From: Candidatus Multivoradales bacterium
GTDB lineage: Bacteria; Acidobacteriota; Thermoanaerobaculia; Multivoradales; JAHEKO01
DNA length: 64,000 bases
Reading direction: 5' to 3'
Assembly: GCA_965223755.1 (NCBI GenBank)
Contig: CBDCXF010000002.1
Span: 733,780-797,779 of the forward strand
Part shown: positions 38,534-48,210 of the stretch, piece by piece
Numbering within the stretch: the stretch's first letter is position 1
Layout: each line of letters starts with the position of its first letter
Notes under the pieces: generated by a model
The model's database searches: none
What the model saw: only the letters and a program-made list of their open reading frames with translations
Told to the model about the DNA's origin: nothing
Translations under genes and position numbers: made by a program

Positions 38534-39598
38534 TTACCCTCCCGCATCATCGGCCAAGTGCTCAGCCCGGATGCGAGCTTGCGCCGCCCCCAAGCGAATG
38601 TCGTGAGTCGAGAGCACCGCTTCTTTCCGCACGCCTGCTTCTTGCTGCCGCTCCCAACTGCCCAGCGCATTGCTTTCATCGGCCGCGGTCGTCGGAGTCA
38701 ACAGCTTGAGAACGACCGGCAAGACCTCGATGGTCACCAGCATGGCCAGCAGAAACCCAAATAAAAGTCCCACGTGCGGGTTGCGCCGGGATAGCTCGAC
38801 CAGCGCACGGCTGCGAGCGACGACGCCGGTGGCGAAGGTTGCTTCGACCTCGGCCAATTCCGCGTTTCGGTCTTCTTCCAGTTTGATGGACTGCGGATCC
38901 AGGTCCGCCCGCATCGCATTCAGTTCTTGGCTGCGGTCGGCAACGCGCGCACGAGCTTCATCCAAAGCTCGCTCGTAGCGTTCATAGACCTGGCCCGCGC
39001 CGCGAATTCCGGTGGTACCTGGAAGATCCGTGCTTCCCGCCAACTCGGCCGCTGCGGTGGCGTCCAGTTCGACCAACCGCTCGCGCTCGGACCCCAGCTC
39101 ACGCTCAAGCTCTGCGATAGGCGCCAGCAAGGCTTCTCGCTGACCATCGAATTCGGAGTTGACCTCGATTCGAGCGGCCGCCAATTGATCGTGCAACTCC
39201 TCGCTGAGGACATCGTCAAAAAGACGCAGGCCGACCAGATGTCCGTTGAGCGTGCCCAAGAACAGCGCCAGGAGAAGTCGGATTCCTACGTGTCCGAGCA
39301 CCCGTAGAGGTCGGCTCCAGACTCGATCTGCATCTCCTTCAACTTTAGGCAGCCAAACCGGTGTGGTCAGCACCAAGTGACGATCGATCACCAAGATCAC
39401 CAACCCCCAAAGAAGGGCGATGAGGGTGGCGAGCCACCACGGGGCTCCCAGATAGTCGGCGAAGACAAAGCCGCCAAAGACAGCGACGATCGCCGGGATC
39501 AGCAACACCGCGCCCAGGCTGCTTAGATTTCGTCTGGCGTAGGAATCGCTTTCGACCGACGTGGCACCCGCGAGTTCGGCTAGAAATCGAGATTCCAT
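38534..39598 (-). CDS. DUF4407-like membrane protein (TM - long coiled coil - TM architecture)
   Basis: 354 aa. Two N-terminal TM helices, ~170-aa Glu/Arg/Ala/Leu-rich coiled coil (ELERELGSERERLVELDATAAAEL...), C-terminal TM. Confidence 0.5.
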   Translation of the reverse strand: MESRFLAELAGATSVESDSYARRNLSSLGAVLLIPAIVAVFGGFVFADYLGAPWWLATLIALLWGLVILVIDRHLVLTTPVWLPKVEGDADRVWSRPLRVLGHVGIRLLLALFLGTLNGHLVGLRLFDDVLSEELHDQLAAARIEVNSEFDGQREALLAPIAELERELGSERERLVELDATAAAELAGSTDLPGTTGIRGAGQVYERYERALDEARARVADRSQELNAMRADLDPQSIKLEEDRNAELAEVEATFATGVVARSRALVELSRRNPHVGLLFGFLLAMLVTIEVLPVVLKLLTPTTAADESNALGSWERQQEAGVRKEAVLSTHDIRLGAAQARIRAEHLADDAGG

Positions 39599-39807
39599 GG
39601 TTGCAAGTCGCTCCGCGGACAGACCCCGGCTCGACTGCCAGGGCGTCTACATCACGCTACGGGAATGGACGGCGAGTTGTTTCGCTGAGTTCTTTTTCTG
39701 TGTAGTAGTTGGGGGACGGACCGGGCAGTTTTCCGTCATGCCCAGGACCGTAGTCAAGCGCCTTCGCAACAGTGAGCGACGCGCGGAATGAGAAAACGAG
39801 TCATTCG

Positions 39808-40170
39808 CTAGTCCTCCATCGGTTGGGTCGCCACCTCGGTATCCGCGTCCGGGTCGGGGCAGCAACGGTCAACGGCATCAGCCATGTTTCTGAGCCAGTT
39901 CGACAACTCCTGATAGCGCACGGTGTAGCGCACTTCGCGACCTACCTTCCGTGACTCGATGACGCCGGCTTCGCGCAGGGTCGCCAAGTGCCTGGAAACC
40001 ACCGACAGGTCCACCGAGCAACAGGAAGCTGCCTGGCTTACCGTCTGCGGCTGGCCGCAACAACCCACCAACGACTGAAAGATCTCCAGTCGACAGGGGT
40101 CGGACAGCGCCCGAAAAATGTGTGCGTCCTCAGGGGTCACGTTGGCCGGTTGTAGAACCTTCATTGCCAT
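39808..40170 (-). CDS. ArsR/SmtB family metalloregulatory transcriptional repressor
   Basis: HTH SDPCRLEIFQSLVGCCGQPQTVSQAASCCSVDLSVVSRHLATLREAGVIESRKVGREVRYTV with Cys-rich metal-site candidates (CCG, CC, C-terminal CC). Start at internal ATG. Confidence 0.65.
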   Translation of the reverse strand: MAMKVLQPANVTPEDAHIFRALSDPCRLEIFQSLVGCCGQPQTVSQAASCCSVDLSVVSRHLATLREAGVIESRKVGREVRYTVRYQELSNWLRNMADAVDRCCPDPDADTEVATQPMED

Positions 40171-40243
40171 CACGAAGACAACTATAGCACATTTGCACAA
40201 ATATGCAAGTATTTAATTCGAGTCGCTACGCTAAAGTCCTTCC

Positions 40244-41305
40244 GTGAACTTCTCGGTCCTACTTGAATCGATTGTCGAGCATCTACCGGGGATTGCCGTC
40301 ACGGTGCTGGTGTTCCTCATCGCCGCCCTTGCTCACTTTCTCCTCAACAAGCGTTGGCGCCCGATTGCCGCGGCACGGTTGCGCCTGCAGGTCAGCATAT
40401 TCGCCATCTGGGTGTTGGCTCTGTTGTTCGCTTTGGTCACCATTCCGATGGACTCCGATCTGCGCGGCTCCTTGCTCACCCTCCTCGGAATCGTCCTTTC
40501 CGCAGCGATCGCGCTCTCCTCCACCACCCTGCTCGGCAACGCCATGGCGCGAGGCATGCTCATGGCTTTCGACAACGTCAAGATCGGCGATTTCTTGCGC
40601 GTCGACGGCCATTTTGGGCGCATCACCGAGATCGGCCTCTTTCACACCGAGATTCAGACCGAGAACCGTAACCTCACTACCATCCCCAACCTCTATCTGG
40701 TTGGCAATCCCCACACCGTGTTTCCTGCCTCAGGGACCATTGTGTCAGCGACGCTGTCGCTGGGCTACGATGTCGCCCACAGCCAAGTGCGGGCGGCGCT
40801 TCTCACCGCGGCCGAAGAAGTCGGACTGGAGAAAGCCTTTGTTTCGGTCATCGAACTGGGCGACTTCTCGATTACATATCGCGTCGCCGGACTGCTGAGC
40901 GACCTCAAACAACTGGTGTCGACGCGTTCGAAATTGCGCATCGCGGCTCTCGATGCACTTCATGGTGCCGGCATCGAGATCGTGTCTCCCGGCTTTCTCA
41001 ACTTGCGCGAGTATCCAAAAACGCAGCGGTTCATCCCCAGTCCCGCGGAAACGGAAGTTACAACTTCCTCGGGCTCTCCCGAAGATTTGATGTTCGATAA
41101 GGCCGATCGAGCCGAACTCTTGGCCGAACTCCAACTCAGCCAAGGCCAACTGGTTGACGCCCTGGCCAAAGTCGCCGAAGAACTCAAAGAAGCCGAAGGC
41201 GACCGCGCCGTAGCGCTTGAGAAGGAGCTGCGGAATATAGAACGACGACAAGCTCGCCTGGAGGCGTTTATCCATCGCACGGAAGATCGGCTAAGAGATT
41301 CCTAG
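40244..41305 (+). CDS. Mechanosensitive ion channel, MscS family
   Basis: 3 N-terminal TM helices followed by the MscS beta-domain block IGDFLRVDGHFGRITEIGLFHTEIQTENRNLTTIPNLYLVGNPH. 353 aa. Confidence 0.75.
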   Translation: MNFSVLLESIVEHLPGIAVTVLVFLIAALAHFLLNKRWRPIAAARLRLQVSIFAIWVLALLFALVTIPMDSDLRGSLLTLLGIVLSAAIALSSTTLLGNAMARGMLMAFDNVKIGDFLRVDGHFGRITEIGLFHTEIQTENRNLTTIPNLYLVGNPHTVFPASGTIVSATLSLGYDVAHSQVRAALLTAAEEVGLEKAFVSVIELGDFSITYRVAGLLSDLKQLVSTRSKLRIAALDALHGAGIEIVSPGFLNLREYPKTQRFIPSPAETEVTTSSGSPEDLMFDKADRAELLAELQLSQGQLVDALAKVAEELKEAEGDRAVALEKELRNIERRQARLEAFIHRTEDRLRDS

Positions 41306-41377
41306 GGTATGCAATGGGGGGCAATGACGCATCGCTCGTCTAATTAAAGAAAGCGGAGTACCGACTAGGAAAGCGTA

Positions 41378-41923
41378 ATGGAAGATTTGGAGCAGTACCG
41401 CCCAGCCCTGCGACGATTCTTAGCTCGCCGAATGGTGGCGTATGAAGAGATCGATGACCTGGTTCAAGAAGTTTTTCTTCGGGTACATGCGGCTGCCGCC
41501 AAGAAACCCCTGCGGTCCCCAAAAACTTTCCTGTTCACCACCGCAAAGAACCTCATAATCGATCGTCAGCGACGTCGGTTCGTGCGCGGCCCGAAGTGGA
41601 CTGTCGAGGATTTCGACGAGATCGCACAGCCACAAATTTCTCCGGAAGAGAGCGCCTCGAACTCTGAGCAAGCGGCCATTCTGTGGGGTGCCATTAAGCG
41701 TCTTCCACCTCGTTGCCGTATCGCTCTCGTCCTCAGGAAGTTCCATCATTTGAGCTACAAGGAAATTGCCACAGAGATGGAGATTTCGGAGAAGACGGTG
41801 GAGAAACACCTGGCACGGGCTCTGACGCTGTGCCAAGAACACTTATCCGATATGGAAAGCTCCAGCTTGATCGACTTTGAGGAATTTCGCCTCAAGCGGC
41901 TAGCGGCCAACCGAGAGACGTAG
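41378..41923 (+). CDS. ECF sigma factor, FecI-like
   Basis: Region 2 DDLVQEVFLRVH...FLFTTAKNLIIDRQRRR and region 4 HTH LPPRCRIALVLRKFHHLSYKEIATEMEISEKTVEKHLARAL. Followed by FecR and STN-TonB transducer. Confidence 0.8.
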   Translation: MEDLEQYRPALRRFLARRMVAYEEIDDLVQEVFLRVHAAAAKKPLRSPKTFLFTTAKNLIIDRQRRRFVRGPKWTVEDFDEIAQPQISPEESASNSEQAAILWGAIKRLPPRCRIALVLRKFHHLSYKEIATEMEISEKTVEKHLARALTLCQEHLSDMESSSLIDFEEFRLKRLAANRET

Positions 41924-41929
41924 CTGATT

Positions 41930-42892
41930 ATGAGTTCAGACGACGCCGAAAAACGACGGATCTACGATGAGGCCGCGGATTGGTTGATTCAACAGGATCA
42001 CACTGAGGACTCCGCTGATAGAGCGGCTGGATTGCGGCAGTGGCTCCTCGCCAATCCCGCACATAAAGACGCCTACCATGAACTCCGCAAAATCTGGCTG
42101 GAGATGGACGATCTCGGCCCGCAATCTTGGGGCGAAGACAAGGCCGTAAAGCACGAGCCAGTAAAGCCTTGGTACAGATGGGCGGCGGCCGCGTTACTCG
42201 TCGCTCTGGGAGCTCTCACTTTCGCGATGTCGAACCGGAATGCCCCACAACACCAACTGGTCAAGACGGGTACAGCCAGACATCAAAAGCTGACCCTCGA
42301 AGATGGTAGCCAATTGCATTTAAGCGCCGAAACAACGATCTACATCGAAATGAATCAACGCTCGCGACAGATTGAGTTGCGTGAAGGTGAAGCATTGTTT
42401 TCAGTGGCCCCCGATGAAACAAGACCTTTCGTTGTTCGCACATCTGCGGGTGCGATCGCCGCGTTGGGTACCCAGTTCAACGTTCGTGCAAGAAACGGTG
42501 AAGTCGATATCGCCGTAGTTGAAGGTAGGGTTCTGGTCATTCCCGAGTCTGACTCACCGGTCGAGGTGGCTTCTGCCGAAGCCGCCAGCCTCGAAAAATC
42601 CGGGGCAAAGACGAGGGTCATGGCTGCCGGCGAGATCGATCGCACTTTGTCTTGGCGCAAGAAAGTTCTTGAATTCGACGACGTCCCGTTGGCGACCGTT
42701 CTGGAGGATCTAGACCCCTACGTCAAGGGTTCGATCTTCCTCCTTGGTGATGAGGCTCGCTCTCTACGAGTCGGTGGCGTCTTGCGTGTGGGTGAAGACC
42801 AAGACCCCATCCAGAGCTTGGCGCGGTCGCTCACTCTGGAGACAGTCCAGCTCGGGGATGCAGTGACGGTCGTTTGGCGCCGCTCACCATAA
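41930..42892 (+). CDS. FecR-family anti-sigma factor / sigma regulator
   Basis: N-terminal cytoplasmic domain AADWLIQQD...LRQWLLANPAHKDAYHEL, single TM (WAAAALLVALGALTFAM), periplasmic FecR domain. Confidence 0.8.
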   Translation: MSSDDAEKRRIYDEAADWLIQQDHTEDSADRAAGLRQWLLANPAHKDAYHELRKIWLEMDDLGPQSWGEDKAVKHEPVKPWYRWAAAALLVALGALTFAMSNRNAPQHQLVKTGTARHQKLTLEDGSQLHLSAETTIYIEMNQRSRQIELREGEALFSVAPDETRPFVVRTSAGAIAALGTQFNVRARNGEVDIAVVEGRVLVIPESDSPVEVASAEAASLEKSGAKTRVMAAGEIDRTLSWRKKVLEFDDVPLATVLEDLDPYVKGSIFLLGDEARSLRVGGVLRVGEDQDPIQSLARSLTLETVQLGDAVTVVWRRSP

Positions 42893-43004
42893 GAAAATTC
42901 GGCTTCAAGACGAATCAGGCGGCAATGGGGGATTTACCTCCTTAGCACGTCTGAAACAACAAGGTCGGGGCCGATCTTGGCCAAATAACCTGTTGGGAGG
43001 TTCG

Positions 43005-45599
43005 ATGACATACCGTCGTGCGTTTGCGTTTACTGGCTTGGCACTGGCGGCTGCCATGGTCTATGGCCAGCCCGCCAATGCAGAAGCAACTCGATTCGAG
43101 ATAGAGGCCCAGGGACTCGCCAGTGCTTTACGTGACTTTGCTCGGCAGGCTGATTTTCAGGTGATCTACGAACAGGAGCTTGTCGCCGACCTTGCCTCAC
43201 AGGGAGTCAGCGGCCACTACAAACCGACGCGGGCCTTGGAAATATTGCTCCATGACACATCGCTGGTGTACGAGGTGACGGAAACCAATACGGTTACAGT
43301 CATGGCCCCGGCCATGGACCCCGCAAACACAGATCCTAACGATGCCGAAGGAGATCAAGAGTCTGCCCCGTCGGCGACCAACGAAACGTCCGAGAGTGAC
43401 GAGTCGCAAGAAGAACCTGAATCAGAACAAGACGACGGCGCCGAGACTACCAACACCGCCTCGACGGAAACGACTCAGAGCGTGGATGAGGCTAGTGAAA
43501 GTTTTGTCGATCGAATCCTCGTTACTGCGTCCAAGCGCGGTGAAACGGATGCCCAAGAACTAGCGAGCACCATCTCCGCCTTTAGCCCCGAGAAGTTGGA
43601 TCGCCTCGACGCCCTGGAGTTCGAAGATGTGATCGTCCAAGTGCCGGGCACCAACTTCATCGACAACGGCGGCCCCGGACGCGGTCAAGAGATCGCGTCG
43701 ATCCGCGGACTTTCTCCGGTCGCCGACAACACCGTCTCCATCGTGGGGCAATACCTTGATGGCGCGCCGCACTTTGGCCGCAATTACAGGTTATTCGACA
43801 TTGGCGAAGTCTCAGTTTTGCGCGGTCCACAGGGTACTTTGTGGGGATCGCAGGCCATGGGTGGCTTGATCTCCTACCGGTCCAACCGTCCCGATGTTTC
43901 AGCGGCAAGTTGGAGTTTCAAAACGGATCTGATGGACACTTCTGGAAGCTCTGGAATTGGTCACAGAGTCTCGGGACATCTGAACATCCCTCTAGCCAAA
44001 GACAAGTTCGCGATCCGGATAGCAGCCCACCGTGTTGACGAAAGCGGCTACATCGACAACGTCGCCACTGGAGCCACCGGCGTCAATGATGTCGAAGAAA
44101 CCGCTTGGCGTCTTTCCGCCTTGGCGAAACCGTCCGAAAACGTCACATTGACGGCCATCTACCACGGCAACGATTTGACCGCGGACGCTCCAACGTTTTT
44201 CGATCTCGATCTTGGCGAGTTCCAAATCGATGTGCCGTTCAGCGAACTTCCGGCAACGCAAGAATTCGATTTGTTCAACTTCATCATCGATGTCGATTTG
44301 AGCTGGGCCAACCTTAGTTACACAGCTTCGCTGTTCGACAATGACAACGTTTACCAAGACGCTCAGCGTGGCTTCTTTGGTTTCATTCCCGTAGCTCGAT
44401 CCGACACCATCCTTCGTCAAGAATCCACCACCCACGAGCTTCGCCTCGCGTCAAAAAATAGTGGCCGTTTCAACTGGGTGGCGGGCCTGTATCTCGACGA
44501 CCTCGAACAAATCGATCTTTCCGAAAGTCGCGAAGTGGAGGATCCCTTCAATCCCGGCACCACTGTGATTGGCGACGGAGCCCTACTCTTCTTCCTCGGT
44601 GGGCCTCAAACATTTGAGGAGCAAGCGATCTTCGGCGAACTCACGATCGAACTGGCTCCCGACTGGGAGTTGCTTCTCGGAGGCCGCTACTTCGATTGGG
44701 AGGTCGACAATGACCAAGACACAGTATTTCTTGGCACAAGCTTCGGTCAGGAAGTTGGCACTGTTGGGGATAGCGACAGCTTCTTCAAAGGCCAGATCAC
44801 CCATCATTTAAGCGACGACCGCTTCCTCTACTTCACACGTTCTGAGGGCTTTCGCATTGGTGGTTTCAACCCCTTCGTCGGACCCAACTTCAACAGCTCC
44901 CTCGACTTTCTGGAGTTCAAGCCCGATCGCTTGATCAACTATGAACTGGGATTTAAATCGGCTTGGGCCAACAACAGGCTGCTCTTGAACACCGCCGTCT
45001 ACCAGATGGATTGGGAAGACGTACAGACCGTGGTTCGCGATTCCATAGGGGTGTTTGCTTTTACCGCCAATGCTTCAGACTTAGAAGCGGAAGGCTTCGA
45101 AGTTGAACTGGCGACCCAAGACCTGCTCGCAAAAGGTGTCTACGCCAACGCTAACTTCACCTACAACACCAACGAATTCACCAGGGACGCGGAAGTGTTC
45201 CCTGGGGTGGGTCGACTCCTAGTTGAAGCCGGCGATTCGCTACGTCGCACGCCCAAGAACACCTGGTCGATGGATGTCGGCTATGACTTTCTCATCTCTG
45301 ACCGCATCGCCGGTTACGTGCGCGGTAATTACTGGCACAAGGACGCGACCACCACCGAGGGCTTCAATGGTGGCGATGGTGCGGTACCGATTCCGGCGCA
45401 GAACGTGGTTAACGCCTCCACAGGCGTCTACATGGGGGATTGGGAATTCAAGTTGGTTATTGACAACCTCACCGACGCCATGCCTCTGCTGCAGGTCTTC
45501 TCCGCCGCTCCCGCCGGCCTGCCGGGAGGGATGACAGCGTCTAGGGCCTCGAGTATCCGGCCGCGCACCATTTCTCTACAGCTCAAATACACACCGTAA
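43005..45599 (+). CDS. TonB-dependent outer-membrane transducer with N-terminal STN signalling domain
   Basis: ATG 43005 with gggagg RBS. Signal peptide. STN domain (FEIEAQGLASALRDFARQADFQVIYEQELVADLASQGVSGHYKPTRALEILLHDTSLVYEV). Plug (DRILVTASKRGE...) and 22-strand barrel ending in terminal aromatic ...LQLKYTP. Confidence 0.85.
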   Translation: MTYRRAFAFTGLALAAAMVYGQPANAEATRFEIEAQGLASALRDFARQADFQVIYEQELVADLASQGVSGHYKPTRALEILLHDTSLVYEVTETNTVTVMAPAMDPANTDPNDAEGDQESAPSATNETSESDESQEEPESEQDDGAETTNTASTETTQSVDEASESFVDRILVTASKRGETDAQELASTISAFSPEKLDRLDALEFEDVIVQVPGTNFIDNGGPGRGQEIASIRGLSPVADNTVSIVGQYLDGAPHFGRNYRLFDIGEVSVLRGPQGTLWGSQAMGGLISYRSNRPDVSAASWSFKTDLMDTSGSSGIGHRVSGHLNIPLAKDKFAIRIAAHRVDESGYIDNVATGATGVNDVEETAWRLSALAKPSENVTLTAIYHGNDLTADAPTFFDLDLGEFQIDVPFSELPATQEFDLFNFIIDVDLSWANLSYTASLFDNDNVYQDAQRGFFGFIPVARSDTILRQESTTHELRLASKNSGRFNWVAGLYLDDLEQIDLSESREVEDPFNPGTTVIGDGALLFFLGGPQTFEEQAIFGELTIELAPDWELLLGGRYFDWEVDNDQDTVFLGTSFGQEVGTVGDSDSFFKGQITHHLSDDRFLYFTRSEGFRIGGFNPFVGPNFNSSLDFLEFKPDRLINYELGFKSAWANNRLLLNTAVYQMDWEDVQTVVRDSIGVFAFTANASDLEAEGFEVELATQDLLAKGVYANANFTYNTNEFTRDAEVFPGVGRLLVEAGDSLRRTPKNTWSMDVGYDFLISDRIAGYVRGNYWHKDATTTEGFNGGDGAVPIPAQNVVNASTGVYMGDWEFKLVIDNLTDAMPLLQVFSAAPAGLPGGMTASRASSIRPRTISLQLKYTP

Positions 45600-45603
45600 C
45601 CAC

Positions 45604-47118
45604 GTGACTGTGTCCTGGAAGAAGCCGCTCACTGCCGCATTCGTTGGCTTGGCACTTACCGCTTCGGCGCCAAGCGCCGGCAGCGACCTCGCCCTGGTCG
45701 GAGGAACGGTCATCTCTGCAACAGGGGATGCACCGATCGCGAACGCCGTCGTGCTTGTGCGCGATGGCGTCATTGAATCTGTGGGACCGCGAAGCGCGAT
45801 TTCCATCCCCAAAGACATCCAAATCGTCAACACCACCGGGCAGTGGGTCACTCCCGGCCTGATCGACACCAACGTTCACCTGATTTTGACCACGGTGCCC
45901 GAATTCTTCGTCAAGTACGAAGACCGCCTGGTCGACGTCGCGATTCAGTCCGCTCAAGTAGGCCTCAAATACGGTCTGACGACCATGGCCGACAGTTGGG
46001 GGCCACTGCCCCCGTTACTGGAGGCCCGCGACCGTATCAATCGAGGTGAGGTTCCGGGCAGCCGCGTGTTGATCGCCGGCAACATTGTCGGGACTGGCGG
46101 ACCGTTCAGCTCCTATTTCATGCGCAGTTGGGATCCCCGCGGTCTCAGCTTGCGCTACGGCGGCTGGGTACATCCAGCAATCCAGTCACGGATCGATGTC
46201 TTGTGGGAGGACGATGTAGGCCCCTCTCTACTCGCAATGACTCCTGCCGAGGTGGGCGAAGCCGTGCGCAACTACATCGCCAAAGGGATCGATTTCCTCA
46301 AGGTCGGTGTCAGCGCACACGGAATCGCCCCCGTCGAGCCGATGCTCTTTTCGGAAGCGGCGATGCGGGCGATGCGGGAAGTGGCGCGGGAATTGGCCGT
46401 CCACTTTCAAACGCACACGTTCACCGTCGAGAGCCTGCGGGTCGCCGCCGAATTGGAGCCCGAACTGCTGCAACACCCCAATGTGATGAGCCCCCCCTGG
46501 GCGTACGCGACAGAAGCCCAGCGCGAGTCGATCAGACAATCGATCGAACTCTTGAAAGCCCAGGGGGCGTACGTCGCTTTGATGTCAATCCCGGAGCGCA
46601 ATCAAGTTCAGATTTCGTCTCAGTGGGATGCGTCCGAACATCCAGATAAGCCCCATCTCAACCGCATCATGGAATCGAGGAAGCCGTGGCTAACGGAGGA
46701 AAACTTCGAACTCCGAGCCGAGGGGGTCCGCGTCTGGCTCGAAAGCGGGCTGCGCTACACCCTGGCCACAGACCAGGGCCCGGAGGCTGCCGACTTGGGC
46801 CCCACCGTGTGGGGCCGGCTGGGCCGAGCGCATTTTGACCGTCTGCAGGGCCTTCAGGATTGTGGCGCCGAACCGATGGATATCTTGATCGCCGCCACGC
46901 GCAACGGAGCCGAAGCCTATGGTCTCGGCGATGAACTGGGGACCATCGAAGTCGGCAAGAAGGCCGACCTGCTGGTATTGGATGCCGATCCTCTCGAAGA
47001 CATCGACAACCTACGGCAAATCGCCGAAGTCATCCAAAACGGCGTCGTCGTGGACCGCGATTCGCTGCCGCTCAACCCGGTTCTGGACTCAGATCCGGAA
47101 GCTCCCTGGCCGCACTAA
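45604..47118 (+). CDS. Secreted metal-dependent amidohydrolase family protein
   Basis: GTG start, signal peptide. PGLIDTNVHLIL metal-binding HxH-like N-terminus. C-terminal GTIEVGKKADLLVLDADPLEDI typical of amidohydrolase_1/3 enzymes. Confidence 0.7.
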   Translation: MTVSWKKPLTAAFVGLALTASAPSAGSDLALVGGTVISATGDAPIANAVVLVRDGVIESVGPRSAISIPKDIQIVNTTGQWVTPGLIDTNVHLILTTVPEFFVKYEDRLVDVAIQSAQVGLKYGLTTMADSWGPLPPLLEARDRINRGEVPGSRVLIAGNIVGTGGPFSSYFMRSWDPRGLSLRYGGWVHPAIQSRIDVLWEDDVGPSLLAMTPAEVGEAVRNYIAKGIDFLKVGVSAHGIAPVEPMLFSEAAMRAMREVARELAVHFQTHTFTVESLRVAAELEPELLQHPNVMSPPWAYATEAQRESIRQSIELLKAQGAYVALMSIPERNQVQISSQWDASEHPDKPHLNRIMESRKPWLTEENFELRAEGVRVWLESGLRYTLATDQGPEAADLGPTVWGRLGRAHFDRLQGLQDCGAEPMDILIAATRNGAEAYGLGDELGTIEVGKKADLLVLDADPLEDIDNLRQIAEVIQNGVVVDRDSLPLNPVLDSDPEAPWPH

Positions 47119-47134
47119 GCACTCGGTCCAGGAT

Positions 47135-47548
47135 ATGAGCAAGCACAGCCTGAACGCTGCCGCAGCTCTTTTGATGGCGGGGGTCGCTTTTGCCAACGAA
47201 ACTACTGAGTTTTTTCTCACCGCCGACGACTACGCAGCAGCAGGACAACTCGACGACACCAACTTAGCCTCGTTGGTCAAGAATGGAGCCGTCGATCCGC
47301 ACTGGGTCGGCGATTCGATCTGGTACCGACGTGACGAGGGAGACGGACATTCCGTTGTCATGGTGGACGCAGATAGTGGCACTCGAAGGGCACCGTTCGA
47401 CATTGCTGCAATGGCCGAAGAACTTGAGCCGCTGGTCAACACCGAGGCCGATCACTTGGTCACAATGCCTGAACAAATCGCTCTTGAGCCCGACGGATAT
47501 ACGGTCAAGTATCGGCACGCAGGGCGCGGGATCGTCTGCACAGGCTGA
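47135..47548 (+). pseudogene. 137-aa fragment resembling the N-terminal region of an S9-family (DPP-IV-like) peptidase, probably a truncated gene remnant
   Basis: Signal peptide then ...DYAAAGQLDDTNLASLVKNGAVDPHWVGDSIWYRRDEGDGHSVVMVDADSGTRRAPFD, reminiscent of the start of bacterial DPP-IV N-terminal beta-propeller domains. Full-length proteins are ~700 aa. ORF stops 75 nt before tRNA-Ser. Confidence 0.35.
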
Positions 47549-47622
47549 ATCCCCCGATTTAAAGTCAGAGTTCTCCGACCCAAGGCCGATCACAAACAAG
47601 AACCGGCTATGATCCGCAGCCC

Positions 47623-47712
47623 GGAGGGGTGGCTGAGTGGTCGAAAGCACTGGTCTTGAAAACCAGCGACGGTGCAAGCCGTCCGCGGGTTCGAATCCCG
47701 CCCCCTCCGCCA
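47623..47712 (+). tRNA. tRNA-Ser (anticodon UGA), long variable arm
   Basis: GGAGGGG/CCCCTCC acceptor stem, G discriminator, CCA 47710-47712. Anticodon stem CTGGT/ACCAG with loop CTTGAAA (TGA). T-arm GCGGGTTCGAATCCCGC. 90 nt. Confidence 0.85.
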
Positions 47713-48130
47713 ACTGCCAACAGCAGTTGGCGCTATGGGGCGGGATTCTGGGACATCGCTCGCTACCGCGAGCTCAGGTCGCGAATCCTCTGACTCTCGT
47801 TCAGCGCCGATGCGAGCGGGAGGCATTCTGACAAGCAGTTCGCTCACGCGAACTGGGAACGAATCCCGCTGTTCTTCGCCAGCCCGCCGCCCCAGTTGGC
47901 GCTATGGGGCGGGATTCTGGGACATCGCTCGCTACCGCGAGCTCAGGTCGCCAATCCCCTGACTCTCGTTCAGCGCCGATGCGAGCGGGAGGCATTCTGA
48001 CAAGCAGTTCGCTCACGCGAACTGGGAACGAATCCCGCTGTTCTTCGCCAGCCCGCCACCCCAGTTGGCGCTATGGGGCGGGATTCTGGGGCATCGCTCG
48101 CTACCGCGAGCTCAGGTCACGAATCCCCTA
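47713..48130. repeat. Tandem array (~2.4 copies, period 169 bp) of a two-hairpin structured repeat immediately 3' of tRNA-Ser(UGA)
   Basis: Unit starts 47724, 47893, 48062. Each unit has hairpin 1 GGGATTCTGGGACATCGCTCGCtaccGCGAGCTCAGGTCGCGAATCC and hairpin 2 GGCATTCTGACAAGCAGTTCGCtcacGCGAACTGGGAACGAATCCC. Hairpin 2 is homologous to the repeat at 390-800. Confidence 0.8.
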
Positions 48131-48210
48131 CTCGCTACCATTGACGCTCAGCGACGCGAGCAAGTACAGCTCCAGCAAGTAACTCACTATCGGTCTTCTC
48201 GACTATAGCC

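Noticed and set aside
47264-48182. ORFs 47283..47612, 47590..47847, 47637..47831, 47672..47962, 47801..48016, 47904..48182 and 47264..47713
   Set aside because: They overlap tRNA-Ser(UGA) and the 169-bp repeat array. The frames are repeat artefacts.
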